Shown in pieces: positions 1-12,932 of a stretch of 64,000 bases of DNA. Origin of the DNA: Lama glama. Lineage: Eukaryota. How positions within the stretch are numbered: position 1 is the stretch's first letter; each line of letters opens with the position of its first letter. The notes under the pieces are model-generated. The model was not told where the DNA came from, searched no databases, and saw only the letters and a list, made by a program, of their open reading frames with translations. The stretch covers positions 42,968,001 through 43,032,000 of the forward strand of contig CM052817.1 of the NCBI GenBank assembly GCA_028534125.1. The letters are read 5' to 3'. The translations under genes were made by a program, and so were the position numbers.

Positions 1-234
1 TTCCAATTTAACCCACTGCATAAATTGTATACTTATGACTCAGTGATAATACTAACCCTCCGTCCCTCAAAACACGTACCTGTAGCTTGGATAGTGGTTT
101 CGTTCTGCACACTATATGATAGTTGGTTCGATTAAAATTTTAAAATATTGTATGAAAAATTAGGACGTAGATATTCCTGCAGCATTCCCTTTTTAGAAGT
201 TTCCACTAAAAAAAGGAAGAATAATAGCTTGAAT

Positions 235-612
235 TCTGAGGCAACAAAATTTAGTGAGGTGAACCAGAGAATGGAAACCACAGACTTAACATTTCAATCC
301 CTAATCTGTGCTCAAGGCAAGTCATTTAAGTTCTCTGAGTCTCACTCAGTTCCATATGTATAATCTGCAAAGGAAGATTTGTCAGATATATAATATTAGT
401 TTCAGATGTACAACATAGTGATTCAAAATTTTTATCGATTAGACTCCATTTAAAGTTATTATGAAATATTGGCTATTTTCCCTGTGTTGTACAATATATC
501 CTTGTAACTTATTTGTTTTATACATAGTAGTTTGTACCTCTTAACCCTCTACTTACATTTGTCAGAGTTGTTGTAAAGACTAGAGATACTGTAAAACATC
601 ATGTAAAGTAAG
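235..612 (+). mobile_element. MIR SINE, split by an L1 insertion
   Basis: MIR core-like 'ggcaagtcatttaagttctctgagtctc' before the L1 and MIR 3' part 'gttgttgtaaagactagagat...catgtaaagt' after it. Confidence 0.65.
387..556 (-). mobile_element. 5'-truncated L1 3' end with 10-bp target-site duplication
   Basis: L1 3'UTR antisense text ('agtttcagatgtacaacatagtgattca...tccctgtgttgtacaatatatccttg'); 'atttgtcaga' at both 377-386 and 557-566. Confidence 0.85.
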
Positions 613-639
613 AGTTTACTATTCCATGAATTTTCTGTA

Positions 640-820
640 TCTTATCTTATGTAATCCTCAAAACAATCCTTTTATTCTTTTCTCCATTAAAAAATTTAGG
701 AAACTGAGGCACAAAAGCGTTAAACAACTTGGCCAAGGTCACACACCTAGCAGATCTTAGATTCAAACCTGGGCAGTCTGACTCCAGAGGGTCAGTGCTA
801 AATCACTACACCAGCCTGCT
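640..820 (-). mobile_element. MIR SINE
   Basis: 'ggaaactgaggcac...aacttggccaaggtcacacacctag...ttcaaacctgggcagtctgactccagag' is the MIR reverse complement. Confidence 0.9.
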
Positions 821-1971
821 TCAAAAGGGCACCGTGTACGTGGAAGCTGTTAAAAATAATAGTAATTGTTTTTGTTACAACTGGCATCATCAATGCTGCT
901 TGTCAAAGAGCTTCCTACTCATTCAACATTCTCACAAGCAATGTTGTTTTACATTGATTTGCAACTCAGACAGAAATAGAATATGATAAATACGTGTCAA
1001 TTGGTTAAAAATAACTCGTTAAATAGTTAAAAGTCTTACAAATATAAATCTAGAAGTGATTGCACCTTATAGTTCAAGGTAAAAAAGAATGGCAGATGTA
1101 AATTGTGTCAGTGCACCATCAACATAAACCATCAGGGCACTATATATTACTGAGCAACCTCCACTCTGCACATATATCTTAATACAAGCAATACTTTTGA
1201 CACCAATCACTTCCCGAGATAAAATACAGTGTGTAGGGGAGTAATTTCAACACCACATAAAATGGCACCCTCCCACAAAAGAAACATTCACTTTCATACA
1301 AAAAAAATATGCTCACAGTGTTGAGTAATATAGCCACCAAACACAAAATAAATGCAGGTCTCTACTCTCCCCTAAATTGCTATATTTAGTCTCATTTTCC
1401 AACCTGAATGTTAATTTCTTTCCCACAACCGAAAGTGAATCTTAAGAATCACTCAGTTCTCAAAACTTAAGATAACTGTGTATTTTCTCTATGCTCTTTT
1501 TCTCCTTGAGATTTATTGAAATTTCTTGGCCAAAATAAACCATGATTCTAAACAATAGCTGCTTCCTGGCAACAAATAGATCATTCCAGTATGTAGCCTC
1601 TCTCTCTCTGCCCTCTATTCTCCTAACAAGCTATAGATGGGTAATAGGTGCCTACTATTTGTTGTCCAGTCTAAAAAAAGCTTTTCATAAGCAGTGCATT
1701 AAACACACTCTGTGACTAACATCAAGACTGATGAATTTTCACCTAGAATAACCCTCAGCATGCGGCACATGTCAGACTTCTAAGAACTCCACACACCATA
1801 AAGGCATACATTATTGCCATTCAACCACCACCAAGAGAAGACACGTGGTTAGGAAATGGTTTTCAAAAACAGAAGATGCTTTTTGCATATTTTTAAATCT
1901 TAATTTGGTCCCATTAAGGTTAAAAAATTCTATGAGAAATTAGGATTTTTAGATATTCCTATAGTGTTCCC

Positions 1972-2193
1972 TTTCTTTCTCTATTGAAGTATAGCTGACT
2001 TACAATGTCTCAAGATACACAGCATGTATGTATATATATTCCTTTTCAGATTATTTTCCATTATAGATTATTATTAGATATTGAATATAGTTCCCTGTGC
2101 TATACAGTAGGTCCTTGTTTTTTTTAATCTATTTTGTATATAGTAATGTGTATCTGTTAATCCCAAATTCCTAATTTATCCCTCCCCCACCAA
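1972..2193 (-). mobile_element. 5'-truncated Cetartiodactyla-type L1 3' end
   Basis: 'tattgaagtatagctgacttacaat...atattgaatatagttccctgtgctatacagtaggtccttg...tcccaaattcctaatttatccctcccc'. Confidence 0.9.
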
Positions 2194-2838
2194 CTGTTAC
2201 CTCTTTTAAGTTTCTCTGAAAAAGGAACAATAATAACTAATCCTGAGGCAACAAAAATTTAGTGAAATGAAATCAGATCATGGCAGCCAATCAGACCTAA
2301 CTCAACAGTCAATCAAATTGGTCAGTAAATTTTTTAATGTTATTCTATACTACAGGCCACACTGGTGGAGCTGGTACCAAACTACAGGTAATTGTTGGAT
2401 TTCATCAGCCTTGTTCCTCTGATATACTTTAAAAATGAAAATGATGGGCCTGTTATTTCCAAACCTCTCTCATCCTAAGAACAGGTACCAAATGAGATCG
2501 CTCTGATCACTGTCCATTTTGCTACGATTTGCAGTAACAATCACACAATTATGCATTTGGAGTCAATGAATATTGAGAAGCATAAGACCAGTAAGAAGAG
2601 ATATATTTTTAATATATATTAAAATTAGATGTTATTCTCAGTCCCAATCCTTTTAGAGTTTGCCTAGAAATAAGAATCCATCCTGATTCACATAGTTTCC
2701 CAGAAAAAAAATTACCATCATTAGAACATTATTTCATACTCCACCAGATTAGGAAAGGAAAAGAATAGATCAGAAGAGAGGGGAGTCACAAGACAACCAA
2801 GGTTTGACTTTATGACTAGTTTATGGTACATACATCAC

Positions 2839-3589
2839 TGAAATAACTACTAACTTTTTAGACCAAGAATCTGATCAGCATTTGTCCTTGTTCCTGGAAG
2901 GGAGACTCTAAATCCTTGGAATTTCCTGAGAAAAAAAGAGTGTCTTTGTAATTCAGGCACTTTTTGACTCATATTTGAGTTTATGCTAATTAAGTGACTC
3001 ATGGTAGGACCCTAGGTAGCTTGAGGATGAAGGCTGACTATGTTATTAGAGGATTGGGGCTTTGACATGTGATAGATGCCTGACTTCCCAAATTCTGGGG
3101 TCTGGAGATTGAGTTCAGTTATGTGGACAGTTGTTCAATCAGCCATGCCTACATAATGAAACCTCCAATAAAATCTATGGGCACCAAAGCTTGAGGGACC
3201 TTTCTGGTTGACGAATGCATTGATGTGGCAGGAGTTTGATGCACCCTGATCTTGTGGGGAAAGAGCATGGAAATTCTGCATTCAGGACCCTCCCAGAGCC
3301 AGCCCTGTGTGTCTCTACATTTGGCTGGTCCTGATTTAGATTCTTGAAAATAAAATTTAATGGTAAGTATAGTTCTTTCCTGAGTTCTGGGAGTTACTCT
3401 AGCAAATTATTGAATCTGAGGGAAGTGTTGTGGGAATGCCCCAGATTTGTAACCAGTTGTTCAGATGTGCAGGTGGCCTGGGGACCCCCAAATTTTCAGC
3501 TGGCATCTGAAGGGAGGGCAGGACCATGCCCTTAAACCTGTAGTGCTAACTACACAAAGTTAGCATCAGAACTGTATTGTAATACACCA
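2839..3589 (+). mobile_element. ERVL solo LTR, MER21-like
   Basis: MER21-like motifs 'ttatgctaattaagtgactcatggtaggaccc', 'aatgaaacctccaataaaatct', 'agcaaattattgaatctgagg', 'cccttaaacctgt'; TG...CA-like ends. Confidence 0.8.
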
Positions 3590-5469
3590 CTGAATGTCCC
3601 CAGCAGGTATCTATGTGCCTACATGGTTTTTTTTGCTTTAAACTGGTTAAGGAAAACCCAAGGACAGTGTATCAACTATCACAGTTGTACAACTGGAGCA
3701 TGACAGAAGGGAGAATAAAACCCAACTCTCCAAGGCTATTCTTCTACCCATAAAGATAGACTGCCTTGCCACACATCACGGAATCATTCACGTTTCTATC
3801 AGCCCAGTTTTAATATCCAAAAAATACATTGGAAATGTTCTATTTCAACCTGAAAGACATCAAGATTGATACTTGCCTCTAAAGAAGATTGTAACACTGT
3901 CCCTGAAGAAATTTTAGAGTAAATAATATAGTTTCCATCTTCGCATTTCAGTAAAGTACTGATGGGAATGTCTGCTTACTAGATAAAGCATATCTGTCTT
4001 TTTCATTACCTAGAAGTCTTTGGACATATCACTCAACCTCAGATTTGCAGACATTTTCTGCTTCTTGATTTCATTTCCTAACATCAGCAATATAAAATAC
4101 ACTGAGACTTTATATTCGTATCATGGATGAATTCTAAATATAAGTCGAATTTATAATCTAAGTCCTTCAAAGTTTATGTAATGGCTTTGCAAAGAGAGGC
4201 ACAATACAGACAAGAACATAAGCAAAACGAATTCCGTCATAATGAAATTTCTCCCATTTTGCCTAGATTATCTCCTGCAACTGTTTTTTCCTTTTCTTTT
4301 GAAAGCTAAAGTATATCAAAAGCTAAGATCATGGTTTAATGATTCTGGGTATTACACTGGATCATAATATAAAGCTGTCTACTTTATACCAAAATATAGT
4401 CAATACTGAACTCTTCTTCCCATTAGAAATTATTCATTTATTTTTTGCCATGTGATTCTTTTAGGTAAAAATTTCCTGAATTTTGCATCCTCAGTTATTT
4501 ATTAAGTACTTTAATTTCTTTCTAAAAGAAAATCCACATAGAAATGCTGTTTATTTGGTGAAAGAATAATAGAATTACAAAAAAAAATTTCAGAAATGAA
4601 CAAAAGGAATTTAAATAATTTGCTCAAAGTCATGCCACTAGAGAGGCTACTAATTGCCAGAATCTGGGATTTTGGAGGGGATGATTTGGGGCTATTTCTA
4701 CTATATTACTGCTGCTTCCATCATTGAATGAAGAAATTACAGAATACAAATCAGGAAGAAAAAGCAATGAAATCTTGCATTATGCAAGACCATTTTCAAA
4801 TAAGTATGACAATGCTAAGACTTATCAAGTCTTTATATGAAATCTTTATATAAAGTAGAAAAACATGTGTAAAGAGACCCACCAAGTTAATGATGATGAA
4901 AAGTCATATTGGGGAATGGAAGACAATTTTTATGTTTTACCTTGCGTATTTTTGTAACATCTGTGTCTTATTTTTATGATTATGTCAACTTTGCAACTCA
5001 AACACTAGACCTCTGAGAAGAATTTTTCTCTTTTTAAACTTCTAAAATTGTTTTTGATTATCTCCAAAACCAGGTTGATTTACTTTCACACAATGGAAAA
5101 AGATAATTAACAAAAACCACTCTTTTTTGCAGCCATAGTGTGCTCATTTCTGGGACACATTTGTGGCTGTAGATCAAAAAACATTAAAGTAAACCTAATA
5201 ATATTTTTAAAGCTTCATGGATGGACACCTAAAGGGCCAGGGGCACTGGCATATTCCATTCTGTAACTAAAGCATAGAGAACATATCACTTAAATCTATA
5301 AAATCACAAAGGCTCCAAGTAGGTGACCACTGATTCAGTTCCATACCCTGAAAAATTGGACTGAATCTCACCAAAGGAAGAAACTTTAAAATTAAGTAAG
5401 ACACTTCTCAACATAGCTAGTAACACTATAACCTGTTTTACTGATGATATGTTTAGGCAGAACATATTG

Positions 5470-5880
5470 AGAACTCACTCTAAACACAAAAAAAATAGTT
5501 CAGATCAACTTACATATAATCTTATAACAGGATATAAGAGAAGTTAAATGCAAAATACATGGATTCTGAAGTGTAAAACAGTCTGTGCCATATCTTACTG
5601 AGGATCTAAGAGCTTTTAGAGATTAAAAAAAGAAAAGTCAAAAGATAGAATTGCAGCATACATATAAAATGCTCACACTTGACTGCCACATTTAGCAAAA
5701 AGCATATAGTGTAATATGACTGTCAGTCAAAAGCTAATTACAGGATTTAAAAATACATAGGGCAGTATAGGTATTGAGGTCTGGTCATGAGACAAAAGGC
5801 TATGGTTTAAGGTGAACAGCCTTCAAAGCCTGTCAGCACATCTCTGAGACTATATACAACTGATCTAGAAGAGTTGAAAT
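5470..5880 (+). mobile_element. Possible highly decayed CR1/L3 LINE fragment
   Basis: Weak similarity to the L3 RT 3' region ('gtgtaatatgactgtcagtcaaaagctaattacaggat'). Confidence 0.3.
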
Positions 5881-6424
5881 TGGGGACTTTCATGTGAGAT
5901 CTGAGCCCAGGTGCCCCACCGTACCCCTGAGAAAGAGCTTGGCCTATATTTACCTTTTGAAGATTACAATGAGACGCTACAATAAACTTTGTTCTTGTTC
6001 TTGACAGATGAGAATACCATATGGGTAACCATGGATCAGAAATATTTCAGTATCTACATCTATGTTCTTAGGTAGACATTAATATGCTCTTCCAGTCACA
6101 AAAACTCTTGGGGAACTCACTGAAGTGTTACAGATTCTCAGGATCAAATCGCTTCAGCCACCATGTGCACTAGCAGGCAAAGGTGTGACGGATGCAACGG
6201 GTGACTGTCTAGCGTAGATGAATGACTGAATATCTGAGTAAACAGAAGCAAGAAAGAACAGAAAGATGTAGACATAGTCAGACAGGGAAAAGGAGAGAAG
6301 GCACGAAGAAGAGAGGGTAAGAAGTGAAGAGTGCATTTGGGTGGAACAGGGAGTCAAACTGGATAATTCGCACCCAAACCCATGGCTCTTCCAGAGCACA
6401 AGGCTTGAAAAACCCATGCTGGAC

Positions 6425-6600
6425 ATGAGCAGTATGATTTGGTAGAAAACGTGATTGATTTAATGTCAGGAGATTTGGCTCTAACTAGCAATGTGACCTA
6501 AGATGTGTCACTTAACCTTGGCCTGAGCTTCATTTTTAAAATAAAGGCATTAGATTAGATTATCTTTATATTTCCTTTAAGATCTAATATAGTGTGATTC
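6425..6600 (+). mobile_element. MIR/MIR3 SINE
   Basis: 'ggctctaactagcaatgtgacctaagatgtgtcacttaacct...tagattagattatctttata...tcctttaagatctaa'. Confidence 0.7.
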
Positions 6601-9600
6601 CATTTCTCTTTTTGCTGTGTAGCAATTGTAATCAAATCAATGGACAGAAAAGAACCATAGTAGATTATCAAATTAATGAGGATAAAATGAAATCCAAGAT
6701 TTAAAAGCTCCTCAGAAAGTATTACATGTTTTATAAGTGTTAGGTATTATTATCTCCATTATTAATACAAAGTATCTTATCTAGAAATTCTAAAATAAAA
6801 AGCACTTTAGATTAAAATTTCCAAATATCTAAAAGTGAGTCCACATATTTCTACTTAAACAAGTGTCGACTTTGATATGTTTTTATACTATACTATATCT
6901 TTTTTTCAAATCTCTACTCAGGGTTACTTTGAAGTTCCATAATGGAGTAATAAGTCAATTATGTTTAGGTTTGCCTTTTCAATTTGATTGGAAGCATCTT
7001 CAGGAATCTTGTTATTCATCCATGTATACATAAAACCAGTGACAATGTGAGATAATATGGACAAAAAAATTCCTTTGAAACTGTAAAGAGCTATACAGAC
7101 ACCACATTCCTGGTAAACCATGAAGGACTATATACACTGCCTTGTAAATTAAAGAACAGAAAGAGAAGGAACAAGTGCTCAGTGAATGTTGGGATAACTT
7201 TAAATAATTTGAGCTGAAGGATGCAGGTTCAAAAAGTTATGCACAACAAAGATGTCATACGCATAAGAGTGAATCTACTGATGAACTCCTCTCAGGTTGA
7301 CTCCCAAGAGTCTGTTGGACAAGTTTTGAACCAAAAATACAAAAGAAAGAATTTAACCCTGTCTCTAGAGTTAGAATCCAATGACTATTAACTTGCCAAG
7401 GATGTCTGCAGTGGATAATAATCTGGTATCCCTAATCTTAAGAAGTGTGAAGAGAACTCAAGAAAAAAGTTGTTAATGAAAAAATTTAACAGAGAAAAGA
7501 TCCATTGCACAATAGATGACTAAACAACAGCCATTCTCTAGTTTATCAACTGCTTCACCCACGTCTCTGTAAATTGTCTAAAAATAAAATGAGAATGCAG
7601 TTCATTTATGTGCTCTGCATTCCACACATCACATTTTGCCATTATATCAGTATTACAATGATATAAATCTGAATAATTTGGCTCATCATCAACATTAAAT
7701 TTAAACGGAATAAAAAAACCTACAACGGAAAGGAGAGTCTCAAAAAGTAAAATAAGACTTTTTTTTCTTATTTACACAATCTCCAATCCATTCTTTACAA
7801 CCATCTCTCATTATACAATTTTGTTCAATTTGTGAGCTTTTTTTATGTTATCAATCTCCTCCTACAACATTTTAATCACCTCAAACTTGAATTCCCTCCT
7901 ACAGTATTCCTGCAAATTCTTCCAAGTCCTTTAATTGACAAGAGTCATTGTTCTTTTCCTTCCTATGACTTTTAATTCATAGTCTTGCTGTTAATTACAA
8001 CATCCTTTAAAAAGAAAAGCAAGAGAAAAGTTGGTGACTACGATATCACTATAAACTATCCAGCAGTAAAATTCAACACACTGAACACTTTCACTAGCAA
8101 TTCTAATATTTTCCTATTTGCTTTATTGGGCATACTTGGGTGTTCAAAGCAATTTGCTAGCAAAATGTCTGTTACAGTTAGACACAGTAAGTTAGCCTGT
8201 AATTAGGAGCTATAGGACCTCACCAGGCTTAATTGGGAATGCCTGCTTTTGATCTGTTTCTGAGATGAGAGAAAGGCAACCTGCATCAGGGGAGAAGTTC
8301 AAAATGTCAACTGGTAGAATGCACACAATACCTGTGTAATGGCAATCAATTCATCATCAACCTCTTTATCGAGATGACTTTCTCAATTGTTTGTTCATTC
8401 TTTTCTCATGCACAAACATTGCAGACAGATATCAAGTCATAACAAATGTCAACTATTACAGAACAGGAGGGACAATGGAAATAAGACTTCCAAATAAAAA
8501 GAAGAATGTAAAAAATATAAAAATTTAGCATTTTTGTATTTTCCTTTTGATAAATTCTTTTAGATTCTACACCCCCAAAATTTCATTTCAAAAACTTATT
8601 ATAACAAAATTGCTACAGTGATCATTAATAAAACTCTCCTGTTGATGAACCTTATTTTAATACTGTTAATCTTCTTCTTCACCACCACTACCACCATCAT
8701 CTTCCTCACCAGCAGCATCATCATATTTAAATAATGTTCCCCTGAAAGAAACTCAAATTAAATGGAAATGGTACTTCTAAAACAAATGGATTTAGAGATT
8801 ATACCCTTTAAAATTATGATATTTAGATACTGGTTTGGGGGCAATTTTTAATAGGAAACCACCCCCAATGGATTTAGTAAGGGGTTTAAGTTGAAAAACT
8901 TTTTAAATATAACTTTTTAGGAAACAAATTTACTACTAAAACCTATAGTACTAAAATTCCCAATTTAGTCCAATTATCTGCAGGTTTACTTGTCTCTGAC
9001 CCTGATCTTGTCCACCATATCATCACCACATCATAGCAATTCTGTCTACCTGATTAAGGAAAGATATACAAGCTCTGAAAATTTAATGAGCTCTGTCCTG
9101 TAAAGTGAGTCTGAAGGACAAAGGGCTGCTGTGATTGGGTGGGTGTGGGTGGGTGTATGTGTGCGCTTACAAATGTTGACTGACAAACATCTAGTGTTTA
9201 TTTTCAAACTTACAAAGTAAAGAATTCTCAGGTCTCTATGCTAAGAGGGAAGAGAAGAAAGATGGAATTTTTTAATACACAATTTATCCCTAAAGTTCAC
9301 TGTAACCATGGAATGTGACATTTATTGTCTCCTATTAATTCCTGTTAATGACTAGCAAAGTGAGTGTTACTCCTTCTTCCATGGTGACTAATCAGAAACA
9401 AAAGCATCATATCCTAAATGCCAGAGTAGGAGTGAAAAGGAGAAGCCCAGGGAGCATGGAGACTCCAGAAATCCTAAATAATCTCTGGTGGCCACAGTTT
9501 TGTAAGCTCTACAGAACTCAGCGCTACTGCACTCTCATCTTCAGTTTTTAACTTTAGAAACAGGGTGTGCATTTCCTCAAAGAGAAGGAAAACAGCTGTC

Positions 9601-9609
9601 CCTTACTAC

Positions 9610-9740
9610 CTAAGACTAAGGGGAAAAGCCTTCGCCTCTGCCATGATGGTGTTGTTTCATATCGTTTGAGATCACGACAGTCACCATTTGCACCAACTCT
9701 CTGCCAGACTCTCAAAACATAATATATTCTTCTACTTTTC
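9610..9740 (-). other. Candidate isolated exon, no recognisable product
   Basis: Minus strand: TTTTTGTTTGTTTTTGCAG| 131 nt |GTAGTA (alternative donor GTAAGG 3 nt further). One frame is open throughout, and there is an internal ATG in strong Kozak context (ACCATCATGG). Confidence 0.25.
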
Positions 9741-9924
9741 CTGCAAAAACAAACAAAAATCACCTCTCTTTCCGATGATGAGACCTAAAATGAAGTCTAA
9801 TTATTCTCAGTCATTCTGACACACATATTCAGCCATTTTCTACATTATAGGTGGCCACATACACCAAATATCGTAAAGCAAAATCTGTACCTCTATACAT
9901 TCAAGTCAATCGAACAAGCATTTC

Positions 9925-10125
9925 TTAAATACAGTGGCTAAAAGCAGGGCTTGGAAATCAGAGAGACCTGGGTTCCAAGTATGACATGGCCTTTTAATAT
10001 TGTGTAATCTTGGACAATTTATTTAACTTCCTTGAGCCTCACTTGTCTAATTTATAATGTGGGAATAATAAATTATCATTGTGAATAGTACATAGAATAA
10101 TTATGTTAAGTTCTTAGTATTTAGC
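9925..10125 (+). mobile_element. MIR SINE
   Basis: 'cagtggctaaaagcagggcttggaaatcagagagacctgggttc...tgtgtaatcttggacaatttatttaacttccttgagcctca'. Confidence 0.85.
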
Positions 10126-10445
10126 TCCTTGGCTTCTAGGACAGAGAAATCCTATTCCCTATAGGAGCCTTTGTACCAGGTTGGTTTGTTGTTGTTTTTA
10201 AAACGTATTGTTTATTTACATGTGTTACATATGTAAACATATACTTAATTCTGATTTTTCTTCTTTCACGTCATCCACTTTTTTTCTTTTCTCCTCTTCC
10301 TTGTGTTTTCCCACCCATCCCCAAATCTTTCTCTCCCAGGAGAAAATGGGCAGAAGGATATGGTGACAATGAGGAAGGCTGATGGAAATGTGCAGAATTT
10401 GAAGGAAGAACCAATTAATTTCCCATTCCTCTTTCCTCCGTCTAC

Positions 10446-10504
10446 CATACACACATACACACACACACATACACACGCACACATACACACACACTCATAC
10501 ACAC
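10446..10504. repeat. Imperfect (CA)n microsatellite
   Basis: Read directly from the sequence. Confidence 0.95.
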
Positions 10505-12054
10505 TCAATACTTGGTTTTAATTCATTCATATAAATAACTCTGGTCAGTTTTAGCTACAACACTGGTCTATGTACCAAAGTGCCCAAATCTGAGTCCCAA
10601 ATTTTGCATGTATATCTGTCGGCAGCTTTAAACCTTCGGTTCTACTACCTTTCACTTTTTAGAAACAAAATCTCAGAATAAGAAAACCAAATGAGAAAAA
10701 TCACTTTTCAGCTACCAAGTAAGGCTAAATCATGTTGTGATTATGCAAAGTATTAAAAGCTAAACATAAATTTTCAAGAAATCAAACCCCTGGGCCTCTA
10801 GAGATTTCACTTCAGGGCGTACTATATAGAAAGACAGCAAAACTTAGACTATAATTTCTTAGAATGAGAGAGAATAATCAGAGGAAACAGACAACGCTAC
10901 TATTCACACAAACATCAGCATTTGATTCTGAAACAGTTTCCACTTTGATAAATAAAACATATGCATCTACACATATTCATCTTCTAAAATATTAAGATAA
11001 GACAAATATTTTTAAGATAAATATTATCAATCAGAATTTTCATCGTGGAAATACTCTGTCCAATACAAGAAAATAATTTAATTCCTAAAATTAGTATTGT
11101 TTTAATTTATAGATATATTGAATTTCACATGTTAAAAATACCAACTCTAAAAATTATTTTTTTTCAAAACAATGAAAATGAGTATAGAATCTGAGTCATC
11201 TAATTTTCTTCAAAAGTAAAACTATAAGTAATATAATTTTCTTATACCAAAGATTCTGTGGAGAAAAATTTTTCTTTGGTTTCAGATCATTGAAATAGGG
11301 AGTATGGCAGTAATTGTTTTAATTACCTCTTTACTTAGCCTGTCAGAAGCATAGCTAGTATGTTAAAATAACATGACTCAGAAAACTTCATCCATTGTGG
11401 TTCCAGAAAATATTGGACAATTAGTAATTTTTTCTTGATATAAATGTATCCATAATAACATAATTATTTATTAATTTGATTTTGTTTCTGTCCACAAGGG
11501 TCTTTTAGTGAGGACAATGGTAATAAGTACTGTGTGAATAAATTAAAAACTTTGACACTTTTGTTGCCCTCCTTATCCCATTACTTATTTAATGATAAAG
11601 ATTTGCGATCTATTTTCAGCTTTGTCTGCAGTATCGAGCAAATCTTCAACTCCTCTACTTCTCTCATCTGTACAATTGACAAAATACCTTCCCTACATCT
11701 ATCACAAAGTTGTGAATCTCAACTCACTTTGAAAAAAACACTACCAGCTAAAGGGGCAGAAGAGCTTTAATAGTCTTGCATGTTCAACAAGAACATATTC
11801 TGGGGGCATTTACCTAGTGAGACTCAAACATAAAATCACTGTATTCGAATTCCCATAGATCAAGCCATACATTTTCTTTCCTATAGGAATTCTTCAAGAA
11901 TCTCAGTTGTACAATGGCACTCCCTTCTTTTCACATTTTGGTAAATATAGAAACAACATCATATTATAGTCTAGAAAATGGACATGTGTGTATGGCATGC
12001 GCTTCTTTCTTCTTTTTTTAACTTCTTATATATGGATATCTTTTTTCTTCAATT

Positions 12055-12250
12055 AAATAATAAACTCCATCTTGTATATACCATACATTTTAGTCCCTCA
12101 CGCAATACCTGACCCATATAAGAAGTACTCAACAAAAGTTTTATTGATCTGTCAAATATTTACTGAGTGCCTATTGCATGGCAGTACAGGAATATAGCAG
12201 CCAAAGACACAGACAGGCTTTGTTTTATGGAATTTACAATCTATAAGGGG
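12055..12250. mobile_element. Two tail-to-tail L2 3'-end fragments
   Basis: + tail 'acctgacccatataagaagtactcaacaaaag' followed by - tail 'aaatatttactgagtgcctattgc...tttatggaatttacaatcta'. Confidence 0.55.
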
Positions 12251-12444
12251 AGACTTGAAGAAAATAGTTGTTTAACTTTCATTCATCACATACTCATTGA
12301 GCACTCACATCAGTCAAGAGTAAATAGCCAAATATCTTTCTTTATAATTGTAATCATTGTTCTGAATAAACAAGGCACCATGGTTCACAGATGAGATGCA
12401 TTTAGTTATCACAGCAGGTCTCTGTGAATTCCATCAAGAAAATT

Positions 12445-12932
12445 TATACAATGCAGTAGTACTCAGCCATAAAAAATAAAATAATGCTATTTGCAGCAAC
12501 ATGGATGGACCTGGAGATCATCATTCTAAGTGAAGTAAGCCAGAAAGAAAAATACCATATGATATACTCATATATGGAATCTAAACAAACAAAAAAGACA
12601 CTAATGAATTTATCTACCAAACAGAAACAGATTCACAGACATAGTAAATGAACTTATGGTTACTCGGGGAAAGGGGATGGGAAGAGATAAATTGAGAGTT
12701 TAAGATTTGCAGATACTAACTACTATATATAAAATAGATAAACAAGTTTCTTCTGTGTAGCACAGGGAACTGTATTCAATATCTTGTAGTAATGTATAAT
12801 GAAAAAGGATATGAAAATGGATATGAAAAGGATATGAAATGCGTACATATGTACGCATATGTATGACTGAAACATTATGCTGTACACCAGGAATTGACAC
12901 ATTATAAACTGACTATATTTCAATAAAAAAAG
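12445..12932 (+). mobile_element. Young 5'-truncated L1 (ORF2 end plus 3'UTR), Cetartiodactyla/camelid type
   Basis: 'tttgcagcaacatggatggacctggagatcatcattctaagtgaagtaagccag...gatttgcagatactaact...atgctgtacaccaggaattgacac...aataaaaaaa'; near-TSD aagaaaattta / aagaaacattta. Confidence 0.92.

Noticed and set aside
74..180. Minus-strand donor CAG|GTACGT with short open frame (NFNRTNYHIVCRTKPLSKLQ)
   Set aside because: No polypyrimidine acceptor, in-frame stop just upstream, and no protein I can assign.
6924..7121. 65-aa minus-strand ORF with CTCTTTACAG acceptor
   Set aside because: No convincing donor and no recognisable homology.
8325..8400. Coding-looking stretch DKEVDDELIAITQ ending at CAG|GTATTG (minus strand)
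   Set aside because: In-frame stop upstream and no acceptor tract.
10225..10521. ORFs with CV/HT repeats
   Set aside because: Translations of the (CA)n tract.
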